A stretch of DNA of 64,000 bases from Ignavibacteriota bacterium (GTDB taxonomy: Bacteria; Bacteroidota; Ignavibacteria; UBA10030; SZUA-254): contig CAVSHI010000003.1 of the NCBI GenBank assembly GCA_963727845.1, forward strand, positions 937,913-1,001,912, in the 5' to 3' direction. This document shows positions 53,486 to 64,000 of the stretch, piece after piece (the stretch's first letter is position 1; each line of letters opens with the position of its first letter). Position numbers and translations under genes: made by a program. Under the pieces are notes generated by a model. It saw nothing but the letters and a program-made list of their open reading frames with translations. It had not been told where the DNA came from and ran no database searches.

Positions 53486-54337
53486 TCAAACCGTTATGAG
53501 TGTGTTGTCGATAAGCCGTGTCGAGCCGATACGAACTGCCATGGAAACGAGGGCTGTCGTCCCCTGACCCAGCGCCGCGAGTTCCCGAAGCGTTGCCGCA
53601 TCCGCAATCGAGATATAATCTATCCGGGCGGATGGTTGGGACGCGATGTGCTTCCTCATCTCGGCAACAATGATCTCGCATTTTTTTTCACCCGCGGCAA
53701 TCCGTTTACGGGCCAGCTCGAGCGATTGAGACAACGCGAGAGCCTGTCGTCGCTCATCCGGGGAGAGGTAGACGTTCCTCGAGCTCATCGCGAGTCCATC
53801 CTGTTCTCTGACAATCGGACCAACGACAATTTCAACATCGAAATTCAAGTCCTTCACCGCCTGCCGTACGACGGCGGCCTGTTGGGCATCTTTCTGGCCG
53901 AAGACGGCGAGATGCGGCCTGGTAACATTGAGCAATTTCACCACGACAGTCGCTACACCACGAAAGTGCGTCGGCCTGAAGCTCCCTTCGAGCACTTCCG
54001 TAATCTTTTCAACGTTCACGTACGTGTGGTAATCTTCAGGATACATTTCCTTTTCGTTCGGCACGAAGAGAATATCCGTTCCCGCCGATTCTGCAAGGCG
54101 CGTATCGCGGTCAAGGTCGCGCGGATATCTCGAAAGGTCCTCGTTCGGTCCAAATTGCGCCGGGTTGACAAAAATCGTGGTAACAACAACATCGGATTTC
54201 TTCTTCGCGATCCGGATGAGACTGAGATGTCCCTCATGCAGGTATCCCATGGTCGGAACGACGCCGATGCGTTTGCCCTCACGCCGGAGCGCCTCTGCGG
54301 CATGCTGCATTTCCGAAATTGAATTGATGACGGTCAT
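53486..54337 (-). CDS. panC: pantoate--beta-alanine ligase
   Basis: PTMGYLHEGHLSL (HIGH-type) and KMSSRN-type motif (AMSSRN). Confidence 0.9.
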   Translation of the reverse strand: MTVINSISEMQHAAEALRREGKRIGVVPTMGYLHEGHLSLIRIAKKKSDVVVTTIFVNPAQFGPNEDLSRYPRDLDRDTRLAESAGTDILFVPNEKEMYPEDYHTYVNVEKITEVLEGSFRPTHFRGVATVVVKLLNVTRPHLAVFGQKDAQQAAVVRQAVKDLNFDVEIVVGPIVREQDGLAMSSRNVYLSPDERRQALALSQSLELARKRIAAGEKKCEIIVAEMRKHIASQPSARIDYISIADAATLRELAALGQGTTALVSMAVRIGSTRLIDNTLITV

Positions 54338-55180
54338 TTATGCCCACATCAACTTAAGCAATCGTGTCACCGTTTCTTTCATCTCCTTTCGATGCAGAAC
54401 AACGTCAACAAAACCGTGCTCGAGCTGGAATTCCGACCGTTGAAAACCTTTCGGTAGATCTTTGCCCGTGGCTTGTTTTATCACGCGGGGGCCGGCAAAA
54501 CCGATGAGCGCGTTCGGCTCTGCGAGATTCACGTCCCCGAGCATGGCATAACTTGCCGTCACGCCGCCTGTTGTCGGGTCGGTGATGACGGAAATAAACG
54601 GGATTTTCGCGTCGGAGAGCTGGGCGAGCTTGGCGCTCGTTTTCGCCAGCTGCATGAGGGAAAGCGCCGCCTCCATCATGCGCGCGCCACCGCTCGAGGA
54701 AATAATCACCAGCGGCCGTTTCGTTTTCAGAGCTTTATCGATCGCGCGGGCAACTTTTTCTCCGACAACCGAGCCCATGCTGCCGCCGATGAAGCTGAAG
54801 TCCATCGCGGCAACGACAATATCGATGCCGCCGATTTTCCCCGTCCCCGTGCGCACGGCGTCATGCAATTCAGTCTTGCGCATGGCATCTCTGATGCGGT
54901 CCTTGTATTTCTTTGTGTCCGAAAAACCCAGCGGGTCGGTTGAACGCATTTTCCTGTCGATTTCCTTGAAGGTTCCTTCGTCAAGGAAGAACGAAAGGTA
55001 TTCTTTGCTCCCAATTCGAAAATGGTAATTGCATTTAGCGCAGGTGTACAGCTGCTGCTCGAGCTGTTTGCGGTGGATGATCTCACCACAGCCGTCGCAT
55101 TTTGCCCACAGGCCGTCGGGAAGATCTTTCCGCTGCGGCTCGCTGGCAATGCTTACTTTTGAGCGTCTAAACCACGCCAT
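54338..55180 (-). CDS. accD: acetyl-CoA carboxylase carboxyltransferase beta subunit
   Basis: N-terminal C4 zinc ribbon (CDGCGEIIHRKQLEQQLYTCAKCNYH) and carboxyltransferase domain. Confidence 0.9.
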   Translation of the reverse strand: MAWFRRSKVSIASEPQRKDLPDGLWAKCDGCGEIIHRKQLEQQLYTCAKCNYHFRIGSKEYLSFFLDEGTFKEIDRKMRSTDPLGFSDTKKYKDRIRDAMRKTELHDAVRTGTGKIGGIDIVVAAMDFSFIGGSMGSVVGEKVARAIDKALKTKRPLVIISSSGGARMMEAALSLMQLAKTSAKLAQLSDAKIPFISVITDPTTGGVTASYAMLGDVNLAEPNALIGFAGPRVIKQATGKDLPKGFQRSEFQLEHGFVDVVLHRKEMKETVTRLLKLMWA

Positions 55181-55905
55181 TATTGCACCGTTGAATGTTG
55201 TGTCTTCAGTAACGTATGGAAATCCTTGATGTACATTGGTTCGAGTGTTTCAAGATGTGCAGCATGGCCATTCAGCAGATGCCGTTCGCCGATCAGGCCG
55301 ACGGCGGAGGCCTTGCACTGGAAACGCTCATCGACCGGGAGGGGGATCCGCGACGCATGTTCCGGATATGTTCCCCGGAGAAACTCATTGAATTTTTTCG
55401 CGCCGTCTCCCATTGTGACAATATACTCATTATCCAGCACTATGTGCACGAGATTCTCCATCGTCATCGATTGTGCGGCTAATGTCTCTTCGAGTCTGCC
55501 GTCGATGCAACGATAGCCCGCAACGTAAACTTCGTCCCGCCGGGCGTCGATCATCGGGAGAATCAAACCCCCGCGTTGGACCGCTCCCGGGCGTGCCGCT
55601 TCCCATGCCAGAGCTTCAAGAGTTGGAACAGCCGCCAGCGGCTTGTTCCAGGCGTATGCCAATCCTTTTGCAACACTCAGTCCGATGCGAAGACCGGTAA
55701 AAGAACCGGGACCGATGGATACGGCAATTCCGTCGACCGCCCCGGATTTTACGGAGGCCGCCGCGAGAGCCCGGTCGATCAACGCGATCAGTTTTTCCGA
55801 ATGGACGCGGGGAGCACTCAACTCGAACTCTGACCGCGTCATTCCGTCGGCGACTACTGCGGCTGCGCAGACGGCGGTTGCTGTTTCAATCGCCAGAACG
55901 GTCAC
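55180..55905 (-). CDS. tsaB: tRNA t6A biosynthesis protein TsaB (YeaZ)
   Basis: MTVLAIETATAVCAAAV…SIGPGSFTGLRIGLSVAKGLA typical of TsaB. Confidence 0.8.
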   Translation of the reverse strand: MTVLAIETATAVCAAAVVADGMTRSEFELSAPRVHSEKLIALIDRALAAASVKSGAVDGIAVSIGPGSFTGLRIGLSVAKGLAYAWNKPLAAVPTLEALAWEAARPGAVQRGGLILPMIDARRDEVYVAGYRCIDGRLEETLAAQSMTMENLVHIVLDNEYIVTMGDGAKKFNEFLRGTYPEHASRIPLPVDERFQCKASAVGLIGERHLLNGHAAHLETLEPMYIKDFHTLLKTQHSTVQ

Positions 55906-56339
55906 GCTGCAACTCCAACAGTCTCTTCGATCATAATCTCACGGCTGTTCTCCGTATTCCCGAGCTTCGGATCAACGTCGAAGCGGCGGGGAGGGAGAAG
56001 GCTTTGAACGCGGTCCGCCCATTCAATGAGGCAAATGCCGTCGCCATCCAGAGATTCTTCAAAGCCGAGCTCACGAAGTTCCGGCTCCGAAGTGACGCGG
56101 TAGAAATCCCAGTGATAGACCGTGAGGCCGTCGCCTGCATACTCCCTCAGAATTGTGAATGTCGGACTCATGACGCGTTCCCTGACTCCGAGGCCTTTGC
56201 AGATTCCTTTCACCAGGCATGTTTTCCCCGTTCCGAGGTTGCCGAAACATGCGACGACGTGTCCCCGTAGCAACCGGCGTGCGAGTTCCATTCCAGCCGC
56301 GACGGTCTCTTCCTCGGAGTGTGTAATGACTTTCGTCAT
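55902..56339 (-). CDS. tsaE: tRNA t6A biosynthesis ATPase TsaE (YjeE)
   Basis: P-loop GNLGTGKT and the YjeE-type SPTF…Y.HWDFYR motif. Confidence 0.8.
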   Translation of the reverse strand: MTKVITHSEEETVAAGMELARRLLRGHVVACFGNLGTGKTCLVKGICKGLGVRERVMSPTFTILREYAGDGLTVYHWDFYRVTSEPELRELGFEESLDGDGICLIEWADRVQSLLPPRRFDVDPKLGNTENSREIMIEETVGVAA

Positions 56340-57944
56340 TGTTTGGGTTCAAGTTTCACGATCGGCAGAATCATTTCTTCCATCGATATACCTCCGTGCT
56401 GGAAGCTGTCGCGGTATTGGTTGACGTACTTATGGAAATCGGTCGGATAGACGAAGTAGTAGTCTTCCTTCGCAATGAGATAATTGATCGTCACACTCCG
56501 GCGTGGAAGTCGAAAATCCGCCGGGTTTTTCACAAAGATAGCCTGGCGTTCATCACACTTGAGGTTGCGTCCGAATTTGTACCTGAGGTTGGTCGAGGCC
56601 TCTTTGTCGGCAATGACCCGCGCGCTACGCATGCAGCGGATGCTGCCGTGATCCGTCGTTAAAATAATCGTCACATTTTTCTGGCGCGACAGCGTGCGCA
56701 GCATGGCGAGGAAGGAAGAATGCATGAACCACGATTTCGTCAGCGAGCGGTACGCCGACTCGTCGGGAGCGATTTCCTTGAGAAGCTGCGAATCGGACCG
56801 CCCATGCGCCAGCATATCCACAAAATTGAGGACAATGGACGTCAGCGGATTCTTCGCATAGGAGAGGATGTTCTGCTCGATGCTGCGTCCGAATTCCGGG
56901 TCAAGGATTTTGACGTATTTCGATTCGGGCTTGAGCTGAACTTTGCGCCGTTGCAACAGGTTGTCGAAGAAATTGATGTTCGTTTCGGTTCCGGCTATTA
57001 TCGTCGTCTTCCCATTCCTCCCAGATTTCCGGAAATCGTCCTTCGATTTCATCCGGGAACGCGCCGCTGAAAATCGCGTTGCGAGAATACGGCGTGGCAG
57101 TCGGAAGAATCGAATAGTAGTAATCGCGGGTGACGTTGTAATACTCGCGCAGGACCGACTCCATCATCAACCACTGGTCAAGCCGCAAACAATCGATCAC
57201 GAAGAAGAAGACGGAGCGCCCTTTGGAAAGCTCGGGGATGAGGAACCGTTCGACAACGTCCACCGACAGCTTCGGCCGGTTCTTCTGCTCCAACCAGTGA
57301 CGGTAATTGGCCTCGACAAATTTCGAGAACTCGACGTTGCATTCCCGGATCTGGTCGCGGAGTGTCAGCCGCAATTCCGATTCAGAGTGGATATCAAACT
57401 CGAGAGCCCAGTGCGAGAGCTTGTCATAGATTTCTATCCAGTCGGCTGAATTCAGGGGCGATTGAAGGGTGACGGAAATCTCGTTGAATTCTTTTATGTA
57501 GTCGCGCGATGCATAATCCTCGGTGATTTTTTTTCCCTCCAGGAATTTTTTGCACGTCAGCAGAACCTGGCTCGGGTTCACCGGCTTGGTGAGGTAATCG
57601 TTGATCTTGACGCCGATGGCTTCTTCCATGAGCCCTTCGTCTTCGTTTTTCGTGACCATGACAACGGGAAGTTCGGGCTTCATGTCTTTTATGACCGTGA
57701 GGGTCTTCAACCCCCCCATGCCGGGCATCATCTCGTCAAGAAAGACCATGTCGAAATTGCCGGATCGCACAAGGTCGGCGGCATCTTCCCCGTTGGTTGC
57801 GGTTACGACGCCATACCCCTTCTCTGTCAGCAGCATGATATGCGGCTTGAGAAGCTCAATTTCGTCGTCAACCCACAGAATTTTCCCTTTTGTTGCGGTC
57901 GTTGTAAGCATTATTACCTCATAGATAGAAAATACATATTTCAA
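56336..57944 (-). CDS. porX: PorX-like T9SS response regulator (CheY receiver + PglZ/alkaline-phosphatase-like domain), interrupted by an apparent 1-nt indel near 56990-57010
   Basis: ORF 56901..57944 has the receiver (KILWVDDEIELL…MVFLDEMMPGMGG…) and the start of PglZ (SVFFFVIDCLRLDQW…). ORF 56336..57052 continues PglZ (…TTIIAGTETNINFF…TTDHGSIR…). The frames overlap at EEWEDDD/KTTIIAG. Confidence 0.7.
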
Positions 57945-57990
57945 GGTCGAGAATCAACGGATGTTCATTCTCGCCTTCTTGGATTACGGA

Positions 57991-60900
57991 TTACTGGATG
58001 GCAATATGAACGTCTAACCCCGCTTCATTCGTGGTCGTTCCGGGGATGGTCGATCCGGCCTGGTCCGGTTCCATCGATGTGAAGCGATAAAAGACCGATG
58101 CCCGGACACGGGAACTGAGGGCATAGTTGACGCGTGGTTCCAGCGTCGTCCGGGTGTTGCCGTCAAGCGGGGTACCGTCGGGGTTTGATGTAAGCAGGTC
58201 GCTCTCGTGCATGCTGCGGGCATTTCGCGTGCGCGAGTATGTCATTGCCAGGTCGATGTCGTTTTGCAGATTGATACCGAATAATGGAAGATTGAATCCG
58301 CGATGAGAATAGCTCAGTGAAAGAGAAATCTCCTGTGCATCCGTCTCGACAATGTTCGAAGCGGAGAGATTCAAGTCGTACGTCGTTGTCGTATTGTAAC
58401 GGAATGTCCCGGATAAATTCCCTTTGAATAGCTCTTTGAACGTTGTATTCAATCCGATGAGAGGAGAAAATCCATATTGCAATCGTTCAACATCGGTTTC
58501 TTCCGAGCCGTCGACTGCGCCGCGGAAATCGCGCCTGAAGTCGGAGGAGTACGCATGTTCGAGCGACATTCGCTGGACGACCGAGCTCAATCCGCCGATC
58601 TTTTCGAGTCCATCCCACCGAAGGGTCCAGTTGGCACGGGGGACGAATTCACCAAAGAATTTGCTCAGGATCGGAAATGCCTCGAGCCCATTTTCAAATG
58701 CATTGGAAAGAGCGACGTTGTCGGGTTGAGTGAGCTTATTCGTCTCGTATCTCTTACCGACTTCCTCCAGCGAGTTATTAAATGCTTTAAAGAGAAAGAC
58801 CGGTGGGATGGTCAGGAACGAACGATCAACGCTCCCCGACCACGTCGACAAACTGGGATGCGCGACCCCGTTGCTGTCCGTCGTTAGTGTTGTCGATTTG
58901 CTGAACTGCCATCCCACCTTCCAATTGATCTCCAGGGTCGCCCCATCCCACAGTGGCCGGCTCGTTTTTAGCGCCACGCTATTGTTTTGTGAGAACTGGT
59001 CGGTCAAGGTGGCATTCGCCGCACGAAGTCCCTGGTCGATCCCTTGCGAGTGCAACTGCGAGAATCCAAAAACGCTCTTTCCGCTAGGATCCGTAGTCAG
59101 TCCCAATTGATACAAGAGAGAGGGACCATTTTCCAGAAGAGAGCCTTGACCCGGGACCCGTCCCCAAAAGTTTTCAAACCCGGTGGTTCCGATGAGCCCG
59201 CTGTTTGCAGAATGGTTCGCTTGCGAAAAGGAAATAGTGATGTTCTCGTAATCAAGCAACGGAATTTTGACGAACAGCTTCGCGATTTTCCTGATCTGCA
59301 GAAGTATGTCTTTTCCCTTCAGCGTCGGTCGTTCCAAAACTGAATCCTGTCTGGCTAATTTTGTTGTATCCTGTCTAGCCCGTTTCGTTGTATCCTGTTT
59401 TGCTGCCGCGGTGGTATCCGCGGGTTTACGCTCCGGCGGTCGACGCCGGGTGATTTGGGCGTTCTCGGGAGGAGAAGGCTCCTCCGTTATCTGGAACAAC
59501 GGGTCGGTCAGCGCCTTCAGTCGGAGGCTCGAGCCCACGGCAATGTTATTATCCCACCCGGCACTTTTGCCGATATCCCCGCCTTGAAATGCATTTTGCC
59601 AGCTGTAGTTGACCGAATAATTGGCGTTGATGTCAAAGTATCTTGGTATATCGAGTACATTCGGAAGCTTCGGCTTTGTATTGATAGAGAAATGCTGGGC
59701 GTAATGCCCGTCCCGGCCGCCCAGGAATATGTCGTGGAGAATCGACGAGAAACCCCTTCCGAGGGAATCGTTATCAAGAAACAAGAGGTCGCGACTGATC
59801 GTGAGACCGTAGTCTCCACTGAGGTTAAGGAACCCCCCCTCGGTTAATTTCCATCCAAATCCAGCCGTCTTGTTGGCGGCAAAAGTGCGGGAATCCTGTA
59901 TGATGGCATCGGGTGCATTGCTTAACGCAGTCGCGCGAGATCGTTGAGCGGTCAATGATGCCGAAAGGTTGGTGAGCGGAACGTAGTAGAACTTCCAATC
60001 CTTAAACTCGTCCAGGAAGAGCAGCTTATTGAAGAGTGACCTGAAGGGTTGAATATAATACTCCGTCGGAAGACCGACCGCATAACTGGTGCCCATGTTC
60101 CAGGCCCAGTTGTTTCTGAATATCGTTGACGGGTCGCGGTCATTCGATTTGGTGAACGTAAAGTTGTACGAGAGCTTGCTGAGAATATCCCGAACGTACC
60201 AGACCTGCCAGGGAAAGGAGAAGTGCACGCCCGGGAGCGAATACGAATCCTGTGTATGCAACGATTGGGAAGACGTAACCACTGCGTTCGCCGCGGCTGC
60301 TGCCGACGTTCCGAGTGGAGCCTCTTCGGCAGCACGAGCGGCTGCCGCATCGACAAGAATATCCGTGCTGGGAAGATACCTGGGCTTGGTTATTGCTTCC
60401 TGATGCGAATATCCGAAAGAAAGCATGGTGCCCTGCCAATCTTGAGGAAAAAATCGCTCGAGCGAGAATGTCGTATTCATTGCCCAGTTGATATGTGTGA
60501 TGCGGTCTCCAACTCGTTGGTCGATACCATGAAAGTTAGGGTCCACTTTCGAATAATTGAAGGCCATTTGACCGAGATCCGAAAGTTTGAGTTGTGTGTC
60601 AAAATGGTACGCGTAGCCCTTCGAATTATCAACGCCGATGACACGAAGTTCATTGTACCAGACGTCACCGGTGAGAGATTGTTTGTGACCGATTCCTTTC
60701 GGTTTGTATAATCCGAGACCGATATAGCGAATTTGGGTCAGCGACGGGTTGCCCTTGACGCCGTAGGGGGTTCCAGGATGATGATAGAGCAGCTTTGCCA
60801 GCGAATCCCGGGCGGCGTTTGCATCGCGCGCAGACTTGATGGATGTCAGTTCAGAAAAAACAACGTCCATCTGGCTCCAATGATCGGGGGACTCATTCGG

Positions 60901-63900
60901 ATCCGAGCCGAGCGGCATGCGGTACTCATAGAAGTTGAGCGTATCCGCTCCGAACCGGAGAAATACTTCGGCGTCATAATCGTTTGGCCCCTTGTACTGA
61001 AACTTTGAGGGGTCGCGATGGACAAACATCTTCATTTCAGTATAGTTGAAAACATCAAGCGGCGCCACTGTGAAGTATTTTGCCGCCTGGCGCTCAGTGC
61101 TGTCGGCCAAACCATTAAATTTCAGGTTGAGTGCCTGCTCGTTGCCGTAGAGTTGTAGATCCGGTTGCGTTTTATCACGCTCGCGGATGACCCCCGGCGG
61201 GCTCGTGTAGTAATCCGGAGCGCCGCTATTGTCTTCAATGCTGACCACCGAAACCTTCATAACGGAATCGGTCTGCACGATCGGGAGCCACTGGTTACCC
61301 ACGAGATTTATATCTGCAATTCGAACAGTGTCGATTTCAGCGACCCCGGAGAGCCAGAGACGGACATATTGTACGTTTTGCAGAATCGATGACGTCGTCT
61401 GGGCGCTTTGCGCAGGAAGAATCCGTGAAGGTTTCTGGAGTGGAATGAGGAACTGGTACCACTGATTGTACCCTCCGCCCGCGATATAGCTGTTGCTGTC
61501 CGGGTCGAGCGGTATCTCGTATTCGAGATAGTTGTTCTCCAGGGTGACCTCGCCATCGCCGTTGAGGTCTTCCGTATCGGGATATTGACCATCGAGTCCG
61601 TTTTTTCCGCCGAGGGAACCCGGGCCATTGCCTTCCGTTCCGTTGATATGCGTAAAATCTGAACCGCCAGTTGAGTAATTGAAATCATCCCCGCTGGGGT
61701 CGTTGACGTCAACATCCGGGTCGTTCTCATTCCTCGCCATAAAAGAACTGATCGCGGGGTCGGCTCTCTCCTGGTCGTCCGAAAGCATGTCCAACCCAAG
61801 ATCCTGACCGGCGTGAAGAACGCCCGTGGGAATACCACTGGGATTGTCGGACGTCACAATGATGTCTTCGGAGTTGAGTTTCTTGTTGGGGATGGCATCT
61901 TCACTGATACGACCGACGTCAACGTACAATCGTCCCTGGCGGACATCGCTGCCCGTCGCCTTCATCCAGATTTCTAAGTAGTCGATGTTCTGTGCAACGA
62001 GATCTCCCGCGGTCGTTGAGATGTATCGCATGACGCCGTTCCAATTACGACGCCGGGCAAATGCGTCGTTGAAGCGGCCCGACTTTCCCCCGATACTTTC
62101 GCGGTGCAGGGTTGAATCGAGATTGGGGGAATAGTTATACATGCCCCTGCGGTTAGGATCAAAGTTCAGAACCATGGTTGTCACAAAATCCTGACCTACG
62201 GGCCGGCTTTGTTTGTATGGCCAAATTTCACGGTCTGTGACGGGATCGATGGTCTGAGAGTTGTTATACCACATCAATTTCGCTTTGCTGTACGTCTTGG
62301 TAGAATCCGGGTCTCCGGTGGTGCTGAGGGTATCCAGCGGCGGGCTTGCCATTTTCCACTGCGTATACGAAAGACCGAGCGGTATCGATCGCAACGCTCC
62401 TTCGAAGTCGTCGATGTAGGCAATGCTTGCGCCGTTGTCGCTCGCAATTGTACTCGTCGTAGTATTCGCGTTCGGCAGAATATAGGCGGCTTCTCCGTTG
62501 ATTCTGAATGTCGACATTTCCCGGGCGTGCAGGAACGGAATCGCATCCAGTGCATCGGTGACGAAGGGAAGGTCGGCCGACGTTCCCGCGTCCACCCCAA
62601 GGATCGTATTATTCGTCGGCTCTTCTCCTAATCGTACTTTGTCGCTCAACGTAGCCTGATTCAAATTCATCAATGTGAACCCAAAGTTCGTGTTCTGGGA
62701 AAGGCTCATCTCCGCGCGCACGCCCATTTGTGTCTTCGATGCAATCTGGAACAAATCGTTTTGCTCGTATTTCACCTGCAAATTCGCGCCTGGAACCAGG
62801 GCCTGGGCATTGCGAACGACTACTTCTCCGATGATATAATCTACCGTATAGTCGACATTGGGTTGCAGGGGCGAGCCATTGAGCAGGACCTGGACGCTTC
62901 CCTCAACGATGTTGAAGCCCCCCAGACTGAAGTGGTTAGACTGCGCCGTCGAGGAGGTGACGCGCATATAGTACACGTCCTTCGTTGCATTCATCTGAGC
63001 CGCTTGCCACGTCGTATCGTAAACATCATTGAACGTCAGCGAGTCGGGGATTACAAAATTCGGGTGATTTTGAATAAAGACGGGATCTTTCTTCGCAAAA
63101 TCGAATGAGAACGGCTGGAGCGTCGGAAAGATTATTTCAGCACGCGCCATGTCGACGGTGAGTCCCGAGATGAAATCAAATTTACCGTCCGGCTTAGGAC
63201 TATTGTCGGTGCTGTACTTATCAAGGCCCATGAGCTCCAGAAGAGTCACGCCGAGAAGAGTGTTTATTTCCGAGCCGCCCACCGGTTTATAGTAAACATT
63301 CAGGTCGAATCCTGCTTGCTTTAAGTCCTTGCCGCCAAGTGAAAAAATATTCTTCATCTGGAGATTCCAGGCCGGCTGGTAGCCCGGTTGGAGGTTTCTG
63401 GGTGCAAGCAGCTTCAAGATAAGGGTCTGAGTCGTGTCTGAAACCGCCGTTTCTCCATAATTGCTTCCCCCGGCTGTGCTGTAGGCGACGGCGAGCGCCT
63501 GATTAGTTCCAACCTCGGCGTTCAAGGAAATATAGCCCGAGGTCGCATCATAAGTGTACTGGTCGGGATAATGCAGCTTAAGGAAATATCCTGTTTCACC
63601 GCGTCCCCCCACATTTTGCACGTTCGTCATGTGCTCCTGAGTGCGCAGACTATCCGGGTAGCCTTTCGCCGGTTGCGGTCCGAGATCGATATACGCATTG
63701 ACCAGCCGCGCCCCCTGACCGGTACTGTTTTGATTCAAATTCGTGCTCAACCAGAACGTCGATATACGTGATACGATTGGAGTCGATATGGGCCGTCAGC
63801 TGTGGAACCGCCATCCGGTGCATTATCTCGAACGAGCTGCGATACGATGTGTCAAGGAGGAAGTGCGTCCTTGCATATTCATAGGCGTGATAGTCGTGCG

Positions 63901-64000
63901 TGTTTTGCTGCGAGCCGCCGGAAATGCTGATTTGTTTTGCCTGCCCTTTCTTCTGCGAAACGAGGCCGGTCAGCATGAGCGGGCCGAGCTGCGCTTTCGC
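57991..64000 (-). CDS. sprA: giant SprA-like cell-surface protein (T9SS translocon/gliding-motility SprA/Sov family), 5' end beyond window, apparent 1-nt indel near 63727-63731
   Basis: 1919-aa ORF (57991..63750) plus an upstream-frame ORF (63650..>64000) that is open to the window edge. Beta-rich, N/S/T/Y/G-rich repeat architecture with SprA-like segments (…YSVNYSWQN…PKLPNV…). Adjacent to porX. Family call from memory of SprA signatures, not a search. Confidence 0.55.

Noticed and set aside
59330-59405. Short tandem repeats considered as possible CRISPR-like array
   Set aside because: Only three imperfect 24-bp units, in frame within the SprA-like CDS, no spacers; simple coding low-complexity repeat.
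1-64000. Search for tRNA, rRNA, CRISPR arrays and recognisable defence-system genes
   Set aside because: No cloverleaf-compatible ~75-nt segments with conserved T-loop (GTTCRANYC) noticed in intergenic regions. No rRNA-like sequence, no spacer/repeat arrays. No nuclease/ATPase gene pairs typical of defence islands.

Overview
This 64-kb window reads as a chromosomal segment of a Gram-negative bacterium from the Bacteroidota/Ignavibacteriota-like (FCB) group. GC content is moderately high, roughly 55-58% by eye; no composition was computed. Supporting the placement: T9SS components (PorX-like regulator, giant SprA-like protein, a T9SS C-terminal-domain cargo), a GH78 rhamnosidase, a TonB-dependent receptor, and a complete housekeeping block on the minus strand (yceD-rpmF-plsX-fabH-fabD-fabG-acpP-fabF-rnc). 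Other housekeeping genes include argS, rsfS, panC, accD, tsaB, tsaE, ribH, thyX, rsmE, mfd and yajQ.

Accessory or notable content:
- A REP-associated tyrosine transposase (RAYT) surrounded by five same-orientation copies of a 17-nt palindromic REP (GCGATTCRGCGAATCGC + TACRG tail). One copy lies inside the RAYT CDS. Two copies abut the stop codons of RAYT and thyX.
- A mntR(dtxR-family)-mntH-usp operon whose operator/promoter module (perfect 16-bp palindrome TTTAGGYATRCCTAAA overlapping a -35/-10) is duplicated almost verbatim upstream of a second operon. That operon encodes a small secreted protein and an 829-aa TonB-dependent receptor, implying a metal-responsive outer-membrane uptake regulon.
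- Two visibly AT-rich, probably acquired genes: a CDF-like membrane protein flanked by ~190-bp ~87%-identical direct repeats derived from the TBDR 3' end, and a beta-lactamase-family gene with a non-canonical SxxK motif.
- A translationally coupled three-gene 8-oxoG ('GO') repair operon: NUDIX mutT-like, mutY, Ogg2-type glycosylase.
- Several long nested palindromic intergenic elements.
- Five conserved genes (mfd, amiC-like amidase, Omp85/BamA-like, porX, sprA) each interrupted by an apparent 1-nt indel. Most sit at short homopolymers, so this looks like a systematic assembly-error signature, though authentic pseudogenization cannot be excluded.

No rRNA, tRNA or CRISPR array was recognised. 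All calls rest on reading the translated ORFs and the DNA directly; no database search was possible.
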